Under the pieces are notes generated by a model. It searched no databases, was not told where the DNA came from, and saw nothing but the letters and a program-made list of their open reading frames with translations. A DNA stretch of 64,000 nucleotides from NCBI GenBank assembly GCA_028534125.1, contig CM052817.1:28832001-28896000 (forward strand). Reading direction: 5' to 3'. The DNA is from Lama glama (Eukaryota). Position 1 is the first letter of the stretch; each line of letters opens with the position of its first letter. This document shows positions 14,366 to 25,603 of this stretch, one piece after another. The translations under genes were made by a program, and so were the position numbers.

Positions 14366-15339
14366 AACCAAAAAGGCTGTTAGAATTTCCTGTAAGATTT
14401 ACAAATGTGAGTCATACCTCAAGTGGAATTTTCATTTATAAAAATTATACCCACTCTTGATCATTTGCTTGAAACCTCAGGTCAGCGTTGTCTTTCTTTT
14501 TCTGTAATACTGTCACTAGATCATTCCCATGTTGTTATCCATCAGTGTTGTCAATATCTATTCATGTTATTCATGAGTGTTATCGATGTCAGTATCTTTA
14601 TCTGTCAATATCAGAATGTTATCTGTTTTGCAGAGTTTCCAGCCCACCTTTGTAGTAGCTTTTACAACAAGAAGTGAGTAGTTAATTGTGGTATGCATGA
14701 TGGAGGGGAAATTCGAATCAAAAATCAGAGAGACCTGGGTATAAATCAGTCTGACAGCTACCAGAGGTGTGAATTGAATTAAGGTACTCTGAGCCTTGGT
14801 GAAGCTGTCTATACATCAGGTATGAAAATAGCTACCAGATATTCACACAAGAAATGTGAAAACAAAATAATATATGCAAGGCATATGGTACATAGTAAAC
14901 ATAGGTCTTCAATGTCATGCAGGCTTGGTTTGATGATGATGACATCGACTGCAGTGATGACAAAAACAATGTGTGGGTGATGCTGATTCCATTGCATTCC
15001 TGTTTGAGCCAGAGAAGGAAAGGCTTTGGCACAAACATTTTCTCCTAGAGCAGAGAGGACACTGCAACTCTGCCCACCAACCCCATCCTCATCAGATGTC
15101 ATTAAGGCACCCTAGATGCTTTATAATAGGACAGCAAAACTTACTTTTTGTGGATTATACATGTTAGACATTTTGTCATCAGAGAAATCGGTCTATAATC
15201 CCAGGTATATTATAAACTGAAAAGATAGGGTAGTTTCACAAGACTTCTAATGAAAGCCCATGAAAAGATAAAAATGAAAAAAATTACATTTCTGTAGCTA
15301 TCTGTTTCTTCTCAGTTCAGAAGTAGATTTTTGGTGAAA

Positions 15340-15460
15340 AGAATAGCTTTACATGAAAAAATGATTCATAAGTGAATCACTATGCTGTACACCAGAAACT
15401 AACACAACATTGTAAATCAACTATATTGCAATAAAAAATAAACAAAAAATTTTAAAAAGA
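15340..15460 (+). mobile_element. Short L1 3' terminal fragment (artiodactyl/camelid type)
   Basis: 'gaatcactatgctgtacaccagaaactaacacaacattgtaaatcaactata' followed by aataaa and an A-rich tail. Confidence 0.8.
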
Positions 15461-16928
15461 ATATTTCTAATTGGCAGGCTTTAAATACATATTCTTAATT
15501 TTATACCCTGTAACATCAAGAAAAAAATGAGAACCAGAGTATTAATTATACATAGACACATCCAGTGTTGAGGATATTTCATTCAATGGTGATAGAAATA
15601 AAATTAGTTCTTGCACACTTTAACAATCGTAGTATTTTAAAAATTATTTTCTTTTAGAAAAATATATCCACTCAATATATTACATTTATTCTATTATAAA
15701 ACACTAAGAAAACAATTTGGAATTAGTGAGAGAAAATAGATCACTGGGTCTTAATGATGGGAAAATCATATTATTCTTGATATAATGTATGCGCTACAAT
15801 GTGAATTTAAATCAATCTGCCAAAAAACTCATTGCCATTTTTGAGTAGAAAATTCACGGCTCATCTTCCTTGTTGACTTTGTAGATAACAATTTATAGAA
15901 GCAAATTATTGAATATTTCTCTCTACATATATATAGAGACAGAAAGAATGCAACCCTACAAGTCTGTGCAAATAACTGTATTATTCTGAGACCGATTTTT
16001 CAGAAGCTTGAAATAAGGCACAAGTAAGAAGTTACTTTACAGTTACTCCACAGAAACTAATGAAATCCTCAAGTAAAACATGTATCAACTCTCTCTCAGA
16101 TCATCACCCTTTAAAAGACATAACGTTTGATGCAATATGCTAAAAGAAATACTCCAAGGAGTCAGGACACCTAAGATTCACTGATTGGTCAATTATTTTC
16201 CAGCTACACAGTCTCAAGTCACATCTTCTAAATTTCAGTATTCTTAATTTCTGTAGAAGGAGTTTGACTATACTTGTGTTTTTCCCACTGGTCTTCTTAA
16301 CCAGTCGAATACTATTTTTCAATCACAGTCTATACAGAATTTTAATAAGTTCCTAACAGATGACAGTGGATCTGCTCTGTTGCAATGAAGATGAGAGAAA
16401 TGGTCCAGTACCTTCAGCATTATCTGTCACACATGACTATTATGCAAATACCTCAAACATTGTTTCATATCAAGTAATTCCATTTCTAAAAATTATTCAT
16501 CACATGCCTACAAATTTCAGTCTTCCAACACAGAAGAAGATAGAACATTACTCGACATTTTTATTCTCAGTGGAACCACACAGCCTAAGTGCTGAATAAA
16601 TGATTATTGACTTGAATGTCTTCATCTGCAATTCTACCTTACATTTATGTACTATTTTACTTCTTACAAAGCACTTTCACAGTTTCTCACTATCTCATTT
16701 GCTTTTATCACTTACAAATAGGAAAGACAAGTATAAATAAAAAAGGAGTAGGTTCTTTCTCACTGTCTTCATCTTTCACTTTAAAGAAAAATCTCAATAT
16801 TTAGGAAAAGACAACTCCATCATACTAATTTCACCGTGAATAACTATATTTTTATCACACCACATAACACATATGTCCCATATCCATATCACTCTTTCAA
16901 AGATGTCTTTTATTTTACATGGTCAGAC

Positions 16929-17141
16929 CAGGGATTCTCAGAGTCGGCTCTATTGACATTTGGGGTTGGATAATTCTCTGCTGTGGAGTGCTATCCTGTG
17001 AACTGTAGGATGTTTACCAGCATCCCTGGCCTTTACCCTCTACATACTTTTCAAACTTCCCCATTGTGACAACCAAAAATGTCTTCAGACATTGTCAAAA
17101 GTCCCCTGGGGGACAAAATCATCCCCAGTTGAGAAGCACTT
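16929..17141 (-). mobile_element. MER20 hAT-Charlie DNA transposon, near full length
   Basis: Matches the reverse complement of the MER20 consensus along its length ('ctattgacatttggggttggataattct...cagcatccctggcct...tgtgacaaccaaaaatgtct...cccctgggggacaaaatc'), with TIR-like ends cagggattctca and gttgagaagcact. Confidence 0.9.
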
Positions 17142-17999
17142 GATAGACAAACACTGAGATCAAATATAATGACCAATTCATTTCAATATGCCTGTCATAT
17201 TTGCACGATTGAATAGAGAACAATGCCATTCTTTTTTGTTGTTGTTGTTGTTCCTGTTGTTGTTTTAAATGGCCCAGGTAACCAACTGAATTCACTGGAT
17301 CCTTCACATTTTACCCATAAGGAGAGAGTGGAATGAGTACCCTCATAAATACATAGGTTATTTCATCAGATTTTGGAAAACACTGTATCTCTTCATTGAT
17401 ATTGAAGATAAAGACAGAAAATCTAACGCAGAAACCAGGGAAGATGTGAGTCCTGTAATGAATACTACTGACTCAAATTACATAGAATAGCAGACTGCAT
17501 ACAAAATACCATGTGCTTAAATAAAAGGGAAGCTCTTTACTGGAGATGTTCTGAATCAAACCCTGTGCTACTGTCTTAAAGATATAACTCAGTACTTCTC
17601 AAATACGGTGCTCTTCCCACATCCTCCAAGTGATGCCCAATAGTAGTTCATTGTCACAAGGAGATGTGAGCACAAGATGGGTAGATATAACTATGGTCAA
17701 GTCTTCAGTGAATACGTAAGGACAGTACAAAACTGACAGTCCTTCCAGGAAGGTCCTGATGACTACTCAAAACTGACGCCATCCCTCATCCATTTCTCCA
17801 CACATTTGCCAAGTGATTGCTTTATCTGGCAATATATAAGAGATCAGAAAGTAAAGATAAGATAATATAGCAGCTGAGCTAAAGATGTGATGGATGAAGG
17901 TGAATGAGATTAATGATATGAAGACAGACACTCCCTTGACAGAGAAGTTTTAAAAATGAAAGGCAAAAACATAAGGCAAATTCTAATGTAAGAAAGAGA

Positions 18000-18185
18000 T
18001 AAACAAGATTACACTGTATAGCACAGGGAAATATACACAAAATGTTATGATAAATCACAGAGAAAAAAATGTGACAATGAGTGTGTATATGTCCATGTAT
18101 GACTGAAAAATTGTACTGAACACTGGAATTTGACACAACACTGTAAAATGATTATGAATCAATAAAAATGTAAAAAAAAAAAAAA
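18000..18185 (+). mobile_element. Young camelid-type L1 3' end
   Basis: Homologous to 4263-4439, with poly-A tail. 10-bp TSD aagaaagaga at 17990-17999 and 18186-18195. Confidence 0.9.
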
Positions 18186-18539
18186 AAGAAAGAGAAATGG
18201 CTACATTATTAGTTGCCAAAGAAATAAAGGAAAAGAAGGTCAATCACTTTATACATTTAAAAATTAATATTCCTAGAAAGATAGAATATTCATAATCCTT
18301 TATGCACTAAAAAGCTATCATCAAATTTTATGGTGCAAAGACTAGTATGAGAAAAATTGAACAAAATGCAACTCTAGATAGCACTACCAATTTATTGTCA
18401 ATTAAGAAGACAGAAATTGGGACAGAATTTGAAGAACAGAATTAATAAAGTTGAGTTAATAACTACAGTATATTGAACTTAGCATTTTACAGAGATATAT
18501 TACACTTTTTATTCCAATAAACTACTAAACATTTTTAAA

Positions 18540-18645
18540 AGTCACTCAATATTAGGTACTATATGCCAGGTATACTCTTTGAGTAACTGGGATACAGCAA
18601 AGAACAAAAGATAAAATTCTCTTCATCAGGTAGCATACACTCTGT
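18540..18645 (-). mobile_element. L2 3' end fragment nested in old L1
   Basis: 'tactatatgccaggtatact...gggatacagcaaagaacaaaagataaaattct' matches the antisense L2 tail. Confidence 0.6.
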
Positions 18646-21449
18646 TACATTAAGCCATCAAAAAACCTTCAATAAATTTCAAAGCAAAAATTGTGCAGGA
18701 CACATTTTCTAACCACAACATGATATAGAAAGAAATTAAACTGGACATATTCAAACAAAACCCTCATCAGTTTTTTTCTTTTTTTATATTAATTTTTTAG
18801 ACAGCTTTACCTATAACACTAGTTCTAGGATTTTACTCTAAGAAAATAATTAGAGATGGGCATACAGATTTATTTGCAAGGGCATTTATCAAGGCATTAA
18901 TTACATTAATGAAAGCCCTATAGGATTTGAATTATAAATTTATGGAAACATTTTTAAACAGCTATATGACATAATAATATGGAACCTTTTAAAACATTGG
19001 TTTAAGGAGAATGTGTAATAGCATGAGAAAATCCTTGAACATAACAACTAAAGAATCCAGGATATACTCTGAGTGTACACTTTGATCACAAAGGAATATG
19101 ACCTCAAAATGGCAGCCATAAATATTTGGAACTGGGGACATGAAGGGGAGAGGATTATCACTTCATGAAATAAACAAATACACATTAGAAATTTTGAAAT
19201 ACTTTGCTCAATTGCTTTATAATGAAAGTGAAATCCAAACATAAAACTGCAGATTATCTGGAATACATCCAAATTGAGGATAAAATCAAAATTTTTAAAT
19301 GTTAACACATAGGAGGCGAATTAGAAAAAATGATTAATTTTTGTCAGACAGGGGAAAATATCATGAAAATAAGGTTTTAGAATAAAATTAAAAATATTCA
19401 AATAAACAATTAAATAAAATAATTGGTTATGGTAAAACATTTTTTAATGATCTATCTAGAAAGCACAAATAAAGCTAGGATTAAAAAGGTATATATAATA
19501 CAAACAAAAATATTTGAAAAATATGACATCATGGACCAGTCTATGCTAACAAAGTTGATTATCTCAATGAAATGGAAAATTATTTTTAAGTGAAATGCCT
19601 AACAAGAACAAGTAAGCAAGCAAAAATCCTGAAAACCGTGAAAAGACCATTAGTCACAGAAGATATTTTAAAGATAAGAAAGGATCTCTGCAAGAATGAC
19701 AGTTTTACTAGTGAATTGAGAATTATTAGTGAATTTGTTATGCTTTCCAGAACCAGGCAATACCTGTTACAGGTGCAATATAGACATAGATACAAGAAAA
19801 ACAATAGTTTCCTAGGGAATGGAAAAGAATGAAAGCATCCCCTCCTGATTCAATGAGACGATTACAACCTCATAGGACCTCTGACAACAACAGAAGACAT
19901 TACTGAAGAATTATAAAAGAAAACTATAAAATAAAATTTAAAAATATTAGCAAATTTAACCTACTTGAATATTAAAGCATTAATCAAAAATATCAACAAG
20001 AATAAATCTCATAAATATAAAATGGCTTAATATTTGAATTTCGAATAAAATAACATATCAATAAAACAAACCAGAAAAAAGGATCATTTTCATAGAATTA
20101 AAAATATATTTGGTAAGTTTCATTATAACCCAATTAGAAAATCAAGAATAAAGAATGCTTCCTTAAAGTCAAGAGTCATGGCATACTCCGACAGATAGCA
20201 TTTTATTTATTTTTATTTAATGTGAGTCACTAAAGGCACCCATGTCAAAATCAAAAACCAAAAATTGTTATTATTTCTGGTCTATAAAACAACAAAACAT
20301 GACACACAAATAAAAGCTATAATTATAAGAGAAAGAATGACTGTTTACAAGGTATCAACTGAAAAGGCAGAGATAAAAAATTCATTCAAATGGCTGAGAA
20401 GATAAAGTTGCAAAAATAACAACTTTTCTTTGTAGCAGTAACAGAAAATATAGTATATAAACAGTCATAATATCATAAAATTAAAATATTCCAAGCAGTA
20501 AATGTGTGACACCTATTTGGAGAAAACTATATACCTTAATTAGGAGATGTAAAAAGAATTGATGAGAACTTTGTTAAAAAAAAAAGAATAAAATAATATA
20601 TCCACTCTGTATATTAAAAGAAACAGAATAAAATAAAAATACCACATAACAAATTTCTAAATTAGAGAAGTCTTTTTATTTTTAAACATGATTGAAGAAA
20701 TGACAATGGAAAAAAAATTAAATAAAATTAAAATGGCAAATGAGAAAAGAGTTACAATAATTATGCCAAAAATAAATTAATTCAGGAAAGGATCTGAATA
20801 GATAAGTCATAAAAGAAGAAATACACGTAAGTAATAAATACCTCCAAAATGTTCAATCTAACTGTATAATAAATTATAAAGTAAAGCAAATTATAAATTA
20901 ATTGATCTAAGTATAATAGAGCTAATGACAGGGACTTTTCAAAAGTATGTATTTTAAATTGGACTTTTTAGAGCAAGGAGAAGATAGTAAGGCAAATAAT
21001 TTGTACTTATAATAGAAAAATCTCCCTTTTATATACTGAAAGAAAACAAAGAGAAATAGCAAGTTGAGGCCTGTTTTGAATAGGGAAGTACATTCTGAAT
21101 TTACAGGAGGAACAATTATTTTTTTTTCCTATTTTTCAACAACCTTGCATGACAGGGGAGTTTAGATTTTGGAGGCAGGGAATAAACAGGTTAAAATCAT
21201 GAATCTATGGTTTAAAGGCTGAGTGACTTTGAGCTTCATTGACTTTATCTCCAAAGTGGAGGTATTTGCCCAATTTACCTAGCAGGATTGTTTGAAGACC
21301 AAATCTTTGTTTAACCTTCTATAGATTTGGGTAACACACACAAACACACACATGTTCTTTTTAAGTTAAATGTTTTCACCTTGATTGAAATACTGGTACT
21401 TTTAAAACAATCTTTTCTCTTGCTGTTTATATGTTTCAATATTTTGTTT

Positions 21450-22395
21450 AAGCTTCTCAGGAGACAGCAAGATAAAAGGGTCAAAGATATAGAAATCAAA
21501 AGACATATCTAGGGAAAAAAACCAGCAAAACAGGCTTACAATGAACTGATATGATTAAAACGATAAAAAAGTCAATTCATCAGGAAGACATAATTCCAAA
21601 TACATATGTACCTAATAATGGAGCTTCAAAACACATAAAACAAAATGACATACCTAAAGTGAGAAATAGACAGTTCCACAATTATAGTTGAAGGATTTAC
21701 ACCTCCTCTCAGTAACTGATAAAATAGGAGACAAAAAGCTTGTAGGGATGTTTAAGATTTTAACACCACCAACTAACTTAAAATAACTGACAATTTAGAA
21801 CATTACAACAAAATATTGAGAAGGAACATATTCCAATACAAATCACTACTTTGAAAGGATTTATATCACCTAAAATATGCTCTCTGAGCACAATACTAAA
21901 TTAAAAACCAACAGCAAATATATTTCAGATAATAGCCAAATGCTTGGAAATTAAATAAACAATAATTATGTCATAATTGTGTAATGAAATAGTTGTATAA
22001 ATATAAAAACATTATTCAAATAAATACTTAAAGATAAAACCGAACAGGGGAAAAAAAACTTGGAAAGACACTTCAAAAATAAAATACACAACGGTCAATA
22101 AGCACATAAAAGGTGTTCAATCTCATTAGTCATCAGGGAAATATAAAGTAAACCATAACAAGATACCACCACAAACTCACTAAACTAGCTAAATTTAAAG
22201 ACTGACAGCACTAAAACTTTGAAAGCACATCAAGAAACTGGAACTCTCTATATTGTTATTAAGAGTGAAAATGCTACAGCCACTTTGGAAACTTATCTTG
22301 CACCCTTTTAGTAAATTAAATAACACATCATTTGACAAAGTAATTCTACTAGGTTTACAAAAATAAGTAAAAACGTATGTCCACATAAAGAAATA
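21450..22395 (+). mobile_element. Old L1M fragments (endonuclease region and 3' ORF2 region)
   Basis: 'gtcaattcatcaggaagacataa...tatgtacctaataatggagcttcaaaacacataaaaca' (EN region), then 'aataagcacataaaaggtgttcaatctcattagtcatcagggaa'. Confidence 0.75.
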
Positions 22396-23980
22396 TATAG
22401 CTACAGTAATCAAGACAGTGTGGTATTGGCAAAAGAACAGACAAAGAGATTAATGAAATAGAATAGCTCAGAAGTAGACCCACACAGACATATTCAGCTC
22501 TTTGACAAAGGAGCAAAGGCAATACAATGGAGCAAAGACAGAATTTCAACAAATGATGCTAGAACAAATGAGCATCTACATGCAAAAAAATAAATCCATA
22601 CACATACTTCACTCCTTTCATAAAAATTAACTCAAAATGGATCACAAGCCTAAATATAAAATACCTAGAAGATAACATATGAGAAAACCTGGATGAACTT
22701 GATTACTTCTGCATTTGTCCAAATCCTTACAATTTTTCTGGAGATGACTTTTTAGATACAACATCAAAGTCATGAACCATGAAAGAAATAATTGATAAGC
22801 TGAATTTCATTGAAATTTAAAATGTCTAATCTGCAAAAGACAGAGTCAAAAGAATGAGAAGACGAGCCACAGACTGGAAGAAAATATTTGTTAAAAACAC
22901 ACCTGATATAGGACTCTTATCCAAAAGAGACAAAGAAACTCTTAAAACTTAACAATAAAAAAGCAAACAACCCAATTTAAAAAATGGTCCAAAGACCTTA
23001 AAAGACACCTCACCAAAGAAGACACACAGATGGCAAACAAGCATATGAAAAGGTGTTTCATTTCATACGGTACCAGGGAAATGCAAATTAAAACAGCAGT
23101 GAGATGCCACTACACACCTATTAGAATGGCCAAAATCCAAAATATGTGATAACACTAGATCCTGGTGAGGATGTGGAGGAACAGGAAGTCTCATCCACTG
23201 ATGGTGGGAATGCAAACTGGCAAAGTCACTCTGCAAGACAGATTGCCAGTTTCTTATAAAACTAAACATACTCTCGTGTGATCCAGCAATTGCCCTCCTT
23301 GGTATTTACCCTAAGGAGTTGAAAACTTATAACCAAACAAAAAACTGAACACAAATGTTTACCACAGCATTATTACAACTGCCAAAACTTGGAAGCAACG
23401 AAGATGTTCTTCAGTAGATAAATAGATAAGTAAACTGTGGTAAATCCAGATAATAGAATATTATTCAGTGCTAAGAAATGAGTTATCAAGCCATGAGAAG
23501 ATACGGAGTCAACTTAAATGCAGATTACTGTGTGAAAGAAACCAATTTGAAAAGGCTACATATATTGCATGATTCCAACTATATGACATTCTGGAAAAGG
23601 TAGAACTCTGAAGACAGTAAAAAGATCAGTGGTTGCCAGGAGTTGGAAGATGGGGAGAGAGAGGAATTAGCAGAGCACAGAGGATTTTCAGAGCAGGGAA
23701 AATACCCTGCATGATGACCTAATGATGGAAACACATCATTTTACATTTGTCCAAACCCCAAGAATGTACAAAGCCAAGAGTGCACAATAATGTAAACTAT
23801 GGGCTTTGGGTGATAATGATGTGTTAATAATTATAAGTTCATCAGTTGTAACAGATATATCACTGTGGTGGGACATGTTGATACTGGGGAAGTCCATACA
23901 CGTGTGGGGACAGGAACTATATGAGAAACCTCTGTACCTTCTCAATTTTGCTGTGAAACACAATTTTTCTTTAAAAAAAA
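22396..23980 (+). mobile_element. L1MC1/2-like element (3' ORF2 plus 3'UTR), nested in an older L1
   Basis: Starts 'agctacagtaatcaagacagtgtggtattgg'. 3'UTR contains 'acatttgtccaaacccaagaatgtaca...taatgtaaactatggg...ctctgtaccttctcaattttgctgtgaa' plus A tail. Confidence 0.85.
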
Positions 23981-24310
23981 GGGAAAGAACTGAACTGATA
24001 ATGCAACAACATGGACAAATATGCTGAAGATGATTGCACAAGGGCATATGCTGTATAATCCCACTATAAGAAATCCAAAAACAGGCAAAACTATGGCAGT
24101 AAAAATCAGAAGAGGGCTTTCCTTGGAGACGGAGTGATGGTCAGGATTGACAAAACAGGCAGGATGTGAAATGTTTCTGGTGTGATATGTTCCATATTTT
24201 AATAGGGATCTATGTATATTACATTTATGTATGTTTTTGTCAGAATTCATTAAATTGTATATATAATAAGATCAATGAATTTTACTGCATGTGAATACTA
24301 TTTTAATATC
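23981..24310 (+). mobile_element. L1ME-like 3'UTR (continuation of host L1)
   Basis: 'atgcaacaacatggacaaat...aaaaacaggcaaaacta...ttgtcagaattcattaaattgta'. Confidence 0.65.
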
Positions 24311-25581
24311 ATAAAAATCTACAACACGTAATTAGGTATAGACCTATTGAGCTTTTAGGTCTTTAGCAACTATACAATCTAAATATATATAACACAAATA
24401 TAGTTGATGTGATAAAATATGTTAATATTAACACTAACATAAAGTAAGAGATACTGTTGTTATGCTGAACTAAATCAGTATTTACCTGAAAATTGAACTG
24501 GCCACCACATTAAGGGGGGGTCTATGTGCAAACTGCCAAGTTAGTTCTGTTTTTCTCTAGTCAAACTACTATGGACACTTCAGGTACACAGAATCCCATG
24601 ACACTATCAGGACTTGTTTTTCAGTTCACATGCGTCATTTACACCTTGTCTCCCTCTCTCCTCTGTTATTGGCTACACAATTAAAGCAGCACTATAATAA
24701 GATCTAAAAAGCAACGCAAATACAGGCAGAGAATCTGGTGTTCTAAGACAATGGCCAAGCACTGATTGGGAATAGTCTCATAGTAATTTTTCAAAGATTA
24801 CCATTGAATTAAAAACACAGAATTTCAGTATTAAGGAATTTCCACAAATATGTGAAAGAAGAATGTTCTGTGGGTTACAGTTTCAGGACCAGTACTATAA
24901 ACTTCCCCTTTTCAACTAGCAATGCACGTTTCTCCAGACAGCAAGGAAGAAATTAGTGAAATGTGGCCCCTCTGCACTGTTCTTCTGCTTCCGCTTCCGG
25001 CTCATGCTATTCGTTTTCTCCTTGTTTCTGTGTTCTTTCATCAAGTCCCAAGAAAAAACTTCAATGCCTTTCCTATACCTTCTAGGACACACTATGATTG
25101 AACTACTTTGGCATGTTTCTCAAGCTTGGATACTTTAGACAATTTCTAGTTTATTTCTTAGTCATTTCTAGAACTTCTGATTTGTTCATGTCCAGTAATC
25201 TAATATTTAGCTTGAGAATATTTTAAGTACTAAGAATAATAAATTAGCCTTTAATTTTTAATTTATCATAGAAATTATTTTTAACATTCAAAAACCCTGA
25301 TTTTTAATAATATAAACAATTTTCATGAATAATAAATGCAAAAGAAGAATGAATATCAGAGAGAGTCAAACATAGCAAAGAAAATTGGAAATTTTCTCAA
25401 ACATGTTCTTGGCAGATTAGAATAAAATGCCCTAAGGAAATGGTTTCAAAAGTACTCTCTGGTTAGACTTATACAAAGTAAAACAAAGGACTAACAATTA
25501 AGTGAGAAATTCTAGAAGTATATTCAACCAATATGAATAGTTTAAACAAAAGTATATCATTGGTCCTAGCTATCTAAATAT

Positions 25582-25603
25582 ACACACACACACACACACA
25601 CAC
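25582..25603. repeat. (AC)n microsatellite
   Basis: About 11 AC units, read directly. Confidence 0.95.

Larger units (their letters stand above)
17850..20900 (+). mobile_element. Ancient decayed L1M (L1ME-like) ORF2 remnant with nested insertions
   Basis: A-rich + strand with collinear eroded L1 ORF2 motifs (e.g. 'caataaatttcaaag', 'ctatgctaacaaagttgattatctcaatgaaatgga', 'aaaatattagcaaat'); no intact ORF. Confidence 0.65.

Noticed and set aside
13826..14460. Long ORFs of 181-200 aa (similarly 34002-34854)
   Set aside because: Artefacts of translating through N gaps.
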